A stretch of 62,988 nt of DNA, filler included, from Choristocarpus tenellus KU-1152 (lineage: Eukaryota > Protista > Phaeophyceae): assembly GCA_964200185.2 (NCBI GenBank). It is 9 parts of 9 records of this genome, joined end to end, with 100 filler letters (N's around TTAATTAATTAA, not from the genome) between each part and the next. Parts side by side here need not be neighbours in the genome. Positions count along the whole stretch, not along the records: positions 49,652 to 53,530 come from CAXNAD020017410.1; positions 53,631 to 56,593 come from CAXNAD020023319.1; positions 56,694 to 62,988 come from CAXNAD020008462.1; 6 more parts are not named here. One strand, 5' to 3'. The translations under genes and the position numbers were made by a program. The notes under the pieces are model-generated. The model ran no database searches. It saw only the letters and a program-made list of their open reading frames with translations, and was not told the DNA's origin. Positions 51,575 through 62,988 of the stretch are shown here, piece by piece (the stretch's first letter is position 1; every line of letters begins with the position of its first letter).

Positions 51575-52001
51575 CTTCAGTAGTAGTAGACGAACTACTA
51601 CGTATTATATTTAATTCATACAGTAAATGCTCCAGTCAATTGATTCAAGCTTTGTCGGAAATGAGGTCGTGGCAGTTAAGTATGCCATATTGAGCAAAGA
51701 TGATGTCATGTGACTGGTCAGCAGTTGAGGTTTTCAATACCTCGACGGGTAGATGAAGATGGTTTGCTGAACCTCAATCACTAGGAGTGCCATTGAATAA
51801 AAGTGGAAACCCCTCTGTATATATTACATCCACGTTGGTTACTGCCCACTCCATCAATCAATCCACACATATCTATTCCTTGTCCTTCTCGTTGGTATCA
51901 TTGTAAGTAGTAGTGGTCGTAGTAGTAAGTAGCAGCAGCAGCAGCAGCAGTAATAGACTTCCGTAGTAGCAAACAAACTACTACGTATTACAATTAATTC
52001 A
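50997..52001. repeat. ~370-bp tandem duplication; copy 1 (50997-51620) carries a MITE and copy 2 (51621-52001) does not
   Basis: Both copies start cagtaaatgctc and share ttcaagctttgtcggaaatgaggtcgtggca and tcaatcactaggagt. Confidence 0.9.
51149..51405. mobile_element. MITE family A, full copy (257 bp), TSD AAC
   Basis: aac-GAACCAAAGTATCTTAGAGGG...CCCTCTAAGATACTTTCTCTC-aac. The empty paralogous site is at 51770. Confidence 0.95.
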
Positions 52002-53079
52002 GGTAGACAGATAGACACAAAGTCATCACACATCAAATAATAACGAAGAATAAAAAAACGAACTTAGGTTTGGGTAGAAATGAGCTGTGTATGTGCCACA
52101 TATAAACATCGTCATAGAGTGGAACAGGTACATGAGCACAACATGGTCCCCTCCGTCGACCTTAAAATGTAAACAGAGTATGCACACATGTCACAGGCGA
52201 TGTGTCTTAATGGTGATTTCATCAACGCCACTTTGAAGTCCTAGATTTTGTATGTTGTACCTATTAACTATTTATTTATTATTTGGTGATTATGAGGCTT
52301 CGCATTTAGTAAGGAATAGTTCAGTCCTATTTATACTCCTTTGAAACCAACAAATTGAATAATCGAAGGGAGAGACCCAGCAATTTTGACAACATTTCCT
52401 TTATGGTGCCTTCTTCGAGTTTCATATCACCCAAATACAGCCTTGTGGATTGAAGCTACATATCTCATCATCATGGTAAGCTTGGGGAGCGTTATGTAAT
52501 ACACACACACAAAACTTCGCCAGATTGACCCTCATTCCTACCACCTTCCCATCAGAAAAATACCACACCATGCATCAGAAAATTCCAATTTTCTTCCTTC
52601 CCGCAGAACTGAGAACTGAATGGCCCCAAAAACTCAAGTTTCTAGGAGGTTTCACTCAGGGTTTCAACGACGAGTCACTCTGAATTCCAAAGATTTTATG
52701 TTACATCTGGTCCACGCCAACACCAGACACCAAGCCGACTGAACCAACCGTAAACCTGCAACCTGTAAGCCTCAGGGCCTCGAACCGGCAATGGATCAGC
52801 AGTGGTAATAATTTTCTGACGGCATCATTGGTGTGAAAAGAGGTCATCAACCCTAAGCAAGATCTACCTGGACAAGGACCTCACTCAGTTCTTCTTCCGC
52901 ATTGAACCTGATTAGGAAGGATCTACCGCTAGGTATGCGTGAACACTCTCCTTCTGGAATCGCTCGTTCGAGATGCGCATGGATCGAGATTTCACTCATC
53001 CATTATGTATGGTCTTGTCCCCATCCATCAAGGTCAAATTGTATTACAATACATCATCACCAATTTTCAAGTTTGTGTA

Positions 53080-53152
53080 GCCCTCGTGGCCCAATGGATA
53101 AGACGTACGCCTACGAAGCGTGAGATTGCGGGTTCGATCCCCGCCGAGGGTT
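53080..53152 (+). tRNA. tRNA-Arg (anticodon ACG)
   Basis: Acceptor stem GCCCTCG/CGAGGGT, anticodon stem TACGC/GCGTG with loop CT-ACG-AA, T arm GCGGG-TTCGATC-CCCGC. A and B boxes are intact; the D stem is weak. Confidence 0.9.
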
Positions 53153-54699
53153 GCTATATTCTTGCTTCATATCTTATACACTCGAATACCACATATTTTT
53201 CAGTAAATATTTGTAAATCTCTATAACGTATCAATACCACCTGCTACTACTATAAATCTGTTATTTAAATTTCCCTAGCTGCTACGACCACTTTGTGGGA
53301 AAAGAGATTACTTCTTGACGTAAGGAATGTTTCTCGAGTTCTGACAAGTACGAACTATATACGATATTAGTAACACATAGGTAACCTTACAGAATAAGTT
53401 ATTGTTTTAAGAAGATGCAGAGTCATTTTCGGAATACCTACGTAATACCACAGAGGAAAATGTCAAAGTTACTAAGAAGTTCAAGAATAGAGGCTTATGA
53501 TTGGAGTACTTATAGAGTAGTTGATAGAAGNNNNNNNNNNNNNNNNNNNNNNNNNNNNNNNNNNNNNNNNNNNNTTAATTAATTAANNNNNNNNNNNNNN
53601 NNNNNNNNNNNNNNNNNNNNNNNNNNNNNNTATGTATGTATGTATGTATGTATGTATGTATGTATGTATGTATGTATGTATGTGTGTGTGTGAGTCCAAC
53701 CGCAACCTGAGGAAAGAGCAAAATGCACAGAGGAGAAACAGCTATCCATATCCATCCATTAAAATTAAAACAAAAAAAAAAAGTGATAAATTACAAGCGC
53801 TCTCGTGTTGGGAATCTTAGATTCGATTGGACCGTCACAACTCCATTAAAAAACAGTTAAGGCTACGATCAACCGAACCTGAAAAAACTGAGGGGAAATT
53901 CTTCGATCAGATCATTTGCGCGCAAGTGCGTGCGCGCGCGAGCACGGCGTGCTCTGATCGCAGAGCTCAAGCGATTCACACTGGCTCTATTTCTTCGCCG
54001 CTCTGTGTGTTTTGAACACCATCGAGTACACAAACGCCTCAAGATTAGCAAACCTAGAAACAAACGAAATAGTCTGACCACGCACTTGCCCTCCTGTTCA
54101 GCACCAGTTCAAGCAGATTGCAAAAACAGGCTATATTAAAAATGACACACAAGTCGTTCACCTCCCCTCACTCTCTCACGGCACTTCAAATTTGAAAAAA
54201 AAAAAAAAGTTCTCCAACCCTGTAACCCTAACCCTAACCTCAATTATCACTAGAAGAACTGATCCACCACGCAACGGGTTTTCCTAAACAAGCATGCTGG
54301 GTTTTTTTTTTTCCACAAGCGAAATACTCGGCAAACTGTTCAAACACACGTTGGACAGAGGAAACTTAGTAGCCCTAAAATCGTCAAGGAGCGTAAGGCT
54401 CGTAGTCAAAATAAAAAAAATAAAAAATTAGAATGAAAAAAAAAAATAGTATTACTTAGGTGCCATATATCCAGCACTAATCTTACTCATGTATCCTCTT
54501 GTGAATACTGGGAGGGGAGTGCAAGCCATAGTGCAAGCCATGCGATTGGCTGACTACCTGTGTCACTAGTCGTCAGTCCAGTCAATTCACTCAACCTCCA
54601 ATCATGGAAGGCGTCTGATCAAGGCAAAGGTGAGGGCAAAGAGTTCAACTGGGGGTCAGGCCCTTCGTGTAAGACCATGCATCTTGAATATACATAACC

Positions 54700-55190
54700 T
54701 TCACATACTACACACACATTTAAATATACATACATATATACATACATACATATATACATACATACATATATACATACATATATACATACATACATACATA
54801 TATACATACATATATACATACATACATATATACATACATACATATATACATACATATATACATACATAATAAATACATACATATGTGCGCGAGTCTTCAC
54901 AGAGACTCTCTAACAACTCCCCATTTCAAAGAACCCCCCCAGAGGAGGTGGACACACCCTCATCACCAAGCTCAGCCCTACTGTTGTACAGGTTGGAATA
55001 ACTCCAACAACAATAAAATAACATACATAATAAACAATAAATAAAATAATAGCTCCAACAATATAAAAATAAAATAACACACAAAATAATAACTCCAACA
55101 CCAACGTAGCAGTAATAATAAAACAATACATAAAATAACATATATAATAAAAACATCAAATAAAATAATAACTCCAACAACAACAATCGT
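54700..55190. repeat. (TACA/TATA)n microsatellite 54700-54885 and A-rich aataactccaaca repeats 54997-55185; a (TATG)n run lies at 53631-53690
   Basis: Directly visible. Confidence 0.9.
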
Positions 55191-56693
55191 TTTCAGGTAA
55201 GAAAATACAGTAAAAAAAAAAAAGTGGTGCCAAATGTGAGGACAAATCCAAAATCCCTGCCAATCAAATATTTGGAGGATCAGCTGTTCCATATGACATT
55301 GTAAGGTGTATCATTAATATACAAAAGTGTACCACTGAAGGTATACACATTCAATACTTCATACCACCATCAGTTTCATACATAGACTTACCCCTAGCAC
55401 TTCATTAACATTGACTTCCCTCAACATATATCATAAGAATCATAAAGCTAACCCTAACCCTAATAACAATAATAACCTATAAAAAAAAATAACACAAACA
55501 AAAAACATTTTTTCTTCCTCATCAGCTTCAACTTCAACTTCCATAACCCACTACACAGCATCTAGACAATGCCTCCTCAGAGCAAAGGTTCTGAATTCAC
55601 AGAAAAAAAAAGATACTTCAAACAGTCCTTTTCGACAGAACCCGATCCTCTGCACAAACAGATGTGTGCAAAAAACATAGAATATAGATGCATACACATA
55701 TACCTACCCCTTAAATCAGGAATAGACATATATATGTATATAAACACATACCATGTTCATCTTCAAAAAAGCCTGTAGCACAGCAAAACCAGTACAACCA
55801 AGTCAGCCAACTGACAGCCCCCAGTGGTATGACAATGACATCTCAATATTTGACAAAATCAGGGGATTGGGCGCTACCCAGCTCAATCCTCTTATCAGCA
55901 GTTATCTCAACCTTCACCATTCCCACCAAGTCCATAACCTGGGCCCACCTTTATAAATTCTCATCTCTTAAACCCCCACTGTATACATAGAGAGTTGGGG
56001 AGGCGTTGTAGAGGCAGCGGTCAAACCCTCAACCTCTGATTCTGATAAAATTTTGAAACACCAGCAGTGGTGAACTAACTACGGTACCATAGGGGCTGTC
56101 AAGTCGCGCAATTTACTCCACCGGTGGCAACAATAGTGTCTCGACATCCACCGGAACAGACACAACGTACACTACAACAAATGAAAAAAAAAAACAGATT
56201 TAAACCTTATCCATCCAATCAAAACAGAACCCACAAAATAAACAAAAAGAAAAAGAAAATGAGCGCCTCCCAAAGGCGTACTAGACCCGAGTCACAGTAA
56301 CACTGCAATACCAACAGAAAAAAATCAAAAAAATGAGTTTATAAAAAAAAACTGAATCGACCGACAGGCCATTTAACTCAAAAACGAAAAAAACAACTCA
56401 CCGGTCAAGACCAGTCTTCTTGTGTTGTCTTAGAAGGCGTTCAATCAGCGACATTCTTGCCACCTCATCCGGAAGCGGCACATAAATTTTCTTCGACAAA
56501 CGCCTCAGAACAGCCTCATCCAACTCCTGAGGGAGGTTGGTCGCAGCCAGCACTAGCAGCTGGTCCCCTCTTCCTCCTCCTCCTCCTCCTCTCNNNNNNN
56601 NNNNNNNNNNNNNNNNNNNNNNNNNNNNNNNNNNNNNTTAATTAATTAANNNNNNNNNNNNNNNNNNNNNNNNNNNNNNNNNNNNNNNNNNNN

Positions 56694-56873
56694 GAATCGG
56701 GGGGGGGGGGGGGGTCTATACCAGGGTGTCCATTTGGACCAAAATCAGGAAAAGTGTATTTACATTATTTACATTATCCATCCGAGATATGCAACCAAAT
56801 CACCCAAGAATCGCAACATGGAAAAATGGGATCAGAATGGACAGCCGCTACCCTCCCCCAGATACTTTGAGTC
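56694..56873. mobile_element. MITE family B, near-full copy abutting a spacer
   Basis: Reverse-complement match to 10251-10429, ending cccagatactttgagtc. Confidence 0.85.
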
Positions 56874-59519
56874 TAACATAGCGTAGTGCAACATAGTCAG
56901 TGGCCAGTGTTTTAAGCTCAGAGGAGAGTTTGACACCGACTGTAATGTCATGAAGAAACCAACCCATGTCAACCATTGTAATGGGCCAGATGTCCTTCAA
57001 TGAAAATAGGTAGTAAGACCCTTTCACCTACTCCTCCCCTCTCTATCCACACCTCGTGATGCATGTAAAGGTACCCGCACAGTCTCCCAATGCTGGATCT
57101 TCTGGTTGGAAATCCAAGATTTCGAAAGGTGCCAGAATTAGACTATTGTGTGTTTCATCCAGATTTATCTATACTCATTTCTAAATGTCTTCTCCCTAGG
57201 ATAGTTTACTGTACTGTATCCCAGTGCATAGTTTGTCTGCCATGTTCGCTCTGCTCCAGTATGCCCGACCTCTGATTAAATGCCCTGAAACGTCGCTTCA
57301 TACAGCAGATCTTATCGTGTGAGCTTGGTTGGCCCTAATGTGGACACTTTTCACAGGGGTACAGAACAGGATATCAAATTCGAACCGAGAGGCCTCGATA
57401 AGAACTCATGTGCATTGCTTCCTCATTGAAGTTCATGTGTTGACCACAGTTTGACAAGCATGTCTTTTTGTAGGGGTTAGAACAATGTCATCATTCAATT
57501 GCAGGCAGGCTACTTCCTATTTTGATGGTCGATTTTGTTAGCACACGCACTTCAATAGCAGTGATTACTACCAAGTCGCACATCCCGCTCTGATTCTTAA
57601 ACATATATCTGCACAATTGAGGTCACAACTCACTTCCTCGCTCTTGGTGTTGAGCAGGAGATGGCCCATGTCAGCTTCAGAGACTTCGTGCACCAGCAGC
57701 AGTTCTACCATTGGAAGAGTGGACAATGGACGCAGGAAAAGTTGGAGGGGTAATACTTCTACTTGTGTATGTATAAATTTTCAGAATATATACAAATACA
57801 AGTATGTTTGTGATTTGATTTATTTGAAGTCTCAGGATTTAGTGCTAGGGTTCATTGCCCAAGAGGGGTGGCAGGTTGAAGTGATAGAAGTTAACCACAT
57901 TTGTGTGATACAGTGTCTCAAAAAATCGTACAAGTAACTGGGTTGCTTTATGTAGTGGTTGCATTTGTCCTGCATTTTGTTGTGGTTTTTGAAGTGCATT
58001 CTGTCCTTTCAGCTCATCCATGTTTTGTAATTGACTTTTTTATCTGTTTTATTTTTCTAATGTTGTGTGTGTCTAGAACATGCAGTGTGGAGGTCATCTA
58101 CCTGACCTGGGAAATGTTGCTGCTGGGCTGAGATTGCTTGTGGTATAGACTCTCTTTGTCGCCCAAAAGCTTTGTGCTTAGATCTCGCCTGCCTGCCAGT
58201 AATAAGCACGATCATTGGGGATTAGTATTCCCTGTTCACCAAGAATATCTTGATGGAGATCTGACAAAGCAGCTTGTGGTCGATGGAGCAGGGTCACATT
58301 GAAGTGGTACTGGAAGAGTAGTCTACATAGAATCACCCCAATTGAAGCAGTTATTAGATGGAATAGAGGATGCCAGCAGTACTTTTTTTCTTCAAATATG
58401 TTAACTTTTTTGGGATCGATAGCCCCTCACCAGAGTCTTGGCAGCACCAGACTATGTCTACCTCTTTTCCAAAGTCAACAAAATGAGGGATGTATTTATT
58501 TTGGGCAGAGATAGAATCGTAGTGCAGGTCCTGGAGAGTACATAGTCTTATGCATGTTAGATTTACCTCTTCCTGTGCACCAGCAGACTGGTCAATTCAC
58601 TGTGTGTCTGAGCCAAAGTAAATGAGAGGTACCCAGGGTTGCGTTTGGAGGATGTTGACAATTTCATGCAAAATTCGACTTTTAGTATAGATTGTGTGTA
58701 GGAACGTTTCTGAATTTTGTCGAAGTTTTTCAAACAGTTGAGACATAAACACTCTCAAGTCAATATTAGCGATCCGTATAACTAGAGTATGCTGGATTAT
58801 GCGTGGTGATAAGCTTAGTGCATCATCAGCCAATCTGAGCACACAAGTTCCTGACCCATGTGAGGCATTTGAAACTACTATTGCGGAGGGAAGTAGTACT
58901 CAAGATTTTTCTTGGATCTTTCAAGTTAGACAATAAAACAAATATGATTGGAAGTGTGGGGACAAACCGGGTGTCGTGAGGTTGGTTTGAGGTCCTAAGC
59001 CCATATGGAAACCTAGATATGTGCCGTTTAAGGACAGATTTAGATTAAGAGCTTCAGTGCACAGAGTAGACTGGAGGCATTCAAACAGCTATCAAATCTT
59101 CCACAGCTCAATTCATCCCATGAGATATGTGTGGGATGAAAGCTGACATCCTAACGCATTGATCGAGCTATTGTAGTACCTTCAATTCACAATACAGCAT
59201 GCAATATGGTGTGTTATCTGTGTAAGGGGAGCACTTCTGTTTTGGGGAGTATTTTTGTTGTTTTCATATTTGCACACAATTTTCTTACCTGTGCATGATG
59301 TGAAACCTATGTCATTGGAATGCTGATAAACACAGGACTCCTTCAATATGTTTTTGGTGGCTCAAGTCGTTTTGGCTGGCAATGCAGAAAGAAATTAGAA
59401 AGAGATGCTTGGAGTACTCTTGAGTGTTGCTGGGCCGTCTTTTGAAATTCATCATTAGATTGCAGGCTCAGAATCATCAGCTTCGACATCGTCATTCTTG
59501 CCATCTTTTGGCATGAGTT

Positions 59520-60700
59520 ACACCTCATAATCCTCCTCCAAAACCTTATCTATTCCCAACTCTACAGCATTCATCAGTCTGTTCCATATCTTTCAGCTCA
59601 TCTGGAACATTTATGAGGTTGAATATGTCTCCCTCCAATATCTTGTCCTCTGTCTTGATGTATTTTGTGTCTCCCTCTGGGCATGGGCAACCAGCTTACC
59701 ACATTCTGCTGGTTTCTATCTGTCCTTGTTCCAATCCCGGTGAGGGTCACCGTACCACTATAGCCTTATCTCATCTCTCATTTGGGCAATCGTTCTCTCC
59801 TTTGCCTACTGGAAGCTGACATACTGCTTCCCATGCTGCCAAGACACTCCTATGGGCTGAAACTTGGCCACATAAGGGTGATGTCCAAATCTTACCGCTT
59901 CAGGATGATACCCAGACCCTCATTGAGGGTTCCACCCAAAAGTTTGTCTCTATACCCTGGTCGCCAAATCCTGTCAGAAGATCATATTTTGCAACGAGTG
60001 CTGTGTAAAGATGAAGAGTTCTATCTCATCGAGATGTGGTTTAAGGAGCTTGCACCTCTTATCAGAGTCCAATTGAATAGTCCCCCTCCCAGCCCCAGAG
60101 GAGCAAAAGATCTTCCCTTTCTCGTTCCAAGTTTCCACGATTCAGAAAACTATGTTGTATCCCACTCCCACTCCAAAACGGACAGCCTTCACAGCATGAG
60201 TTTGGTCCATATGGTTGTAGATAACAAACTTGTAGTACAGAATCAGCAGCACGCGTGCCTGCCCCTCGAAAAGAACCTTTTCACTGACCAACTTGAGTGT
60301 CTCTATTTGCTCTTTGGCACCAGCTTCCCTCGCCTCTTGGGTATTGTGTCTGGCGGGGCCCTTCATCCATTTCTTCCTTGCTGCAACAATGTGAGCGCTT
60401 CCATGGTCTTTCCTTGGTCATCCCCTCGTTTTTTGTGGCGCCCCGCCCCCATGTCTTCAAATGCCTCTGAGGCCGGCCCTCTCAACCTCATTACTTTTGT
60501 TGTTCGCCATCCTGGGAGTCCTTGCTTGCGGCATCAATAACTCAAGGTTGACTTTGAGCCATGAAGAAAAAGAGTCCAAGTTGTTCGCCTGCTCCCATTC
60601 TCCCTGACAAAGTATAGTCTTCTGTAATGTCTTTGTGTGAATTAGAAAAATCAGACATCTACCAGGACTTGCAAAAAGGCCCCCAATTATCATGGGGACG
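59520..60700 (-). mobile_element. Decayed IS630/Tc1/mariner-like transposase
   Basis: HPYVAKFQPIGVSWQHGKQYVS (59815-59880) resembles the P.Y....NPIE..W...K..V motif. Many stops. Confidence 0.4.
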
Positions 60701-62988
60701 TCAACAGCCGAACATTTGGAGATAGGGCTCAGTGTTACACCGACTTGAAGCTGAAGTCCAAGGTTTTCACCTGATTACGTCATCAGAAGTAGGCACCATT
60801 TACAGAACGAGATAATAGTAACTAGAGCTGACTGAACGAAATTTCGAAAGAACTGAAAGTTTTAAAAAATCCCCAGAAAGCGAAATGAAAACCTTGATTA
60901 CATCTTCCCTTCGTAGTTAATATTAGAACTGCAGTATAACGGAGGAACCATGTGTACAGCACTAGTAGGGCTCCAAGTTACCTACTATTTAATTCCAGTT
61001 CGAAGTAAATATACTTCTTGAAGTAATATACACATAACAAAACGTAGTTGACATGACACAGTCAAAATCAATGCAAAAAAGGATGGAAGATCACATTCTC
61101 AACTTCCAACTTAGAGAAATTTGAAATCAATAGTGTAATCCAGTATATGTGCACTACTGGTTGATTTGCCTCCCACCTTGCCCTTCTCCATTTTGGAGTT
61201 GAAGTGAGGGGTCTCTCTACCAACTGATTTGTACATCCCTCTAGATTGTTGGAGTACCCCCTGCGATACTTCTCTTCTTCAGCATCATGCATATTGTCAC
61301 TATAATCATATCTAATGAAATGAAGTACCTGCTCTGGTATCCTTCCATAGTTGGCGGGGTGTCACTGACAAATCTCTCACAGGCGGACTCGCTGGACAAC
61401 CAAAATTGTTGTTCACCGCCTGTGCTAGGCATGATGAGAAACCTCATATATAATACGGTGTGGTACATTACTTGCGCCACACAGCTTAGCGGTTGGGAAC
61501 ATGCATCTATGTATGTACAGATAATACAATCTGAACAAAGATGATGTAGATCTAAAATACTACCATAAAGAGCTTGCAGGGAAAAATGCACTTGTCAATA
61601 ACCTTTTCAGTTCATCGAAGGGCAAAGGGCCTCACAATTTCAAGCAGGGCAGATACTATTTCAATACTAAGGTCTCCCTCATCAACCCAACCGATTCCTC
61701 ATTTGAAATGCCATCATGCATCCTATCTGTAGTAACTTGAAATCAACCGATGTATCGTATCAGCATCAGTCTAATCAGGGAACTATCAAAGGAGAAGTAC
61801 ACTGTCTACAACCCAAACTCAAGATGCAACACATAGCTGTATTTCAATTGCAGCAGGGAAGGGAGTGGATGAATAACTTTCCAACTTTTTCCTTGAGAAG
61901 CCAAAATTTCTTCAAACTTCATCTCCTCTTCTTGAAGATATTGGTACCATTTGTCAAGGCATGATGGTCCTGGTCCAGACACTTCAGAAAATATATGGCC
62001 TCTAGTTCGTGGACAGGTCCGTTCTTCCCTTTGCATTTTCCAGGTCTGTTGAAAAGCCCATATATTGGACGAATTTCACTCTCGATCATTCTGTGCTTAG
62101 ACTTGACCATAACATGTCTGTCTGTGGGAGCTTGTCCCCTCCTCCCAGTGTTGTGGTGGAGAAATTGTGGAACTGGGAGGTCGTGTGCGCCCCATATTTC
62201 GCGACGAATTCAATGACCTTCACCTCACCTCTCTCACGATCTTTAGTTCTGCTGGTGAAGGCACTTACTCCAAATGATAGCAATACATGTATAAATAATA
62301 TGTGGAAAACTTACCACATCTTTTTAAAAGGTTTCCTTCTTGAGATGCAGTGCGATGAAAATATCTCTCTTTTAGGGGGCTGGGTCACAACCAGGAAAAA
62401 AAATCATATCTTTACTCAGTATCAACATATATTAATAGGCACAGTCATATCAACTGATGACATCAACTGTTATTGGTACCAACAATATGAAATTTTTGGT
62501 GTTGCTGCCCACTCTTGCTGGACTTTTCTTCTAAGTCGATTTCCACCCAATGGTTGGAGGTGAGTCCAGAAGGAGGAGGGGATGTTGATGGTCAGCAGAC
62601 AGGACGTGCTGTACAGTCTATCCCTGTAGACTGTAATATTGGCGCATTGCTTTGCCAACAAGCTGGCCGCTAATGATCTTCAAACAGTAACAAGCACCAA
62701 CATTGAAGCCGTCTTCACCACCACCCTGCTTCATGAAGCTGAACAGGAATTTTCTCGGATAAAGTCCACATGGCAAGCACTAGGGATGATAAACAATCTG
62801 ATATGTATTGCACTAACCAGTCACCATATCTCAAAAAATCAGGACGAAGAATGAAGGGGCAAGGCCTTCTTGCCAAGGAATTCAAAGCTGGGTCTAGCTC
62901 AAGATTCGAGGGAGGAGGCAGAGAACAGCCTCTCACCAAAATTGAGGGTGGAGCATACTATGGAGGATAGGTTTGACCCAAAATGGTG

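Noticed and set aside
52200-52480. CLNGDFINATL resembling a Ulp1 protease motif (a similar weak hint lies at 57060-57120)
   Set aside because: A single short motif followed by stops, with no catalytic triad traceable.
54226-55463. Short CCCTAA runs (also 41254, 16222) as telomeres
   Set aside because: Only 2-6 degenerate internal units, consistent with interstitial simple repeats.
59782-60540. 252-aa plus-strand ORF
   Set aside because: It is antisense to the decayed transposase-like frame and has no recognisable domain.

Overview
Eukaryotic genomic DNA with GT-AG introns and a heavy load of transposon relics. It is probably from a flagellate-stage stramenopile or alga, which is an inference only. 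The window is nine segments joined by eight identical 100-nt spacers (N-run, TTAATTAATTAA, N-run), so adjacency across the spacers is unproven. I built four spliced gene models by hand, most of them invisible or fragmented in the ORF track: (1) a TMEM42-like small membrane protein (+, 4499-5274); (2) a 9-exon protein with an RIIa docking domain plus several EF-hands, resembling radial spoke protein 7 (-, 5650-11509); (3) a head-to-head ABCG transporter with a signal peptide, a Cys-rich ectodomain and a TM helix ahead of the NBD (+, 12029 to beyond 15943, cut by a gap); (4) a complete PRL/PTP4A phosphatase (-, 44527-46592). There is also one tRNA-Arg(ACG). The remainder is decayed Copia, Gypsy, RLE-type non-LTR, Penelope-like, Harbinger and IS630/Tc1-like elements, tandem arrays and microsatellites. 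The most distinctive unexplained structure is a clan of three related MITE families (about 18 full or partial copies). They have GA-starting termini and 3-4 bp target duplications with no fixed sequence, and include one nested insertion and one filled/empty site pair. I cannot demonstrate a new biological system from this sequence alone. The best candidates are this MITE clan and the ABCG ectodomain architecture.
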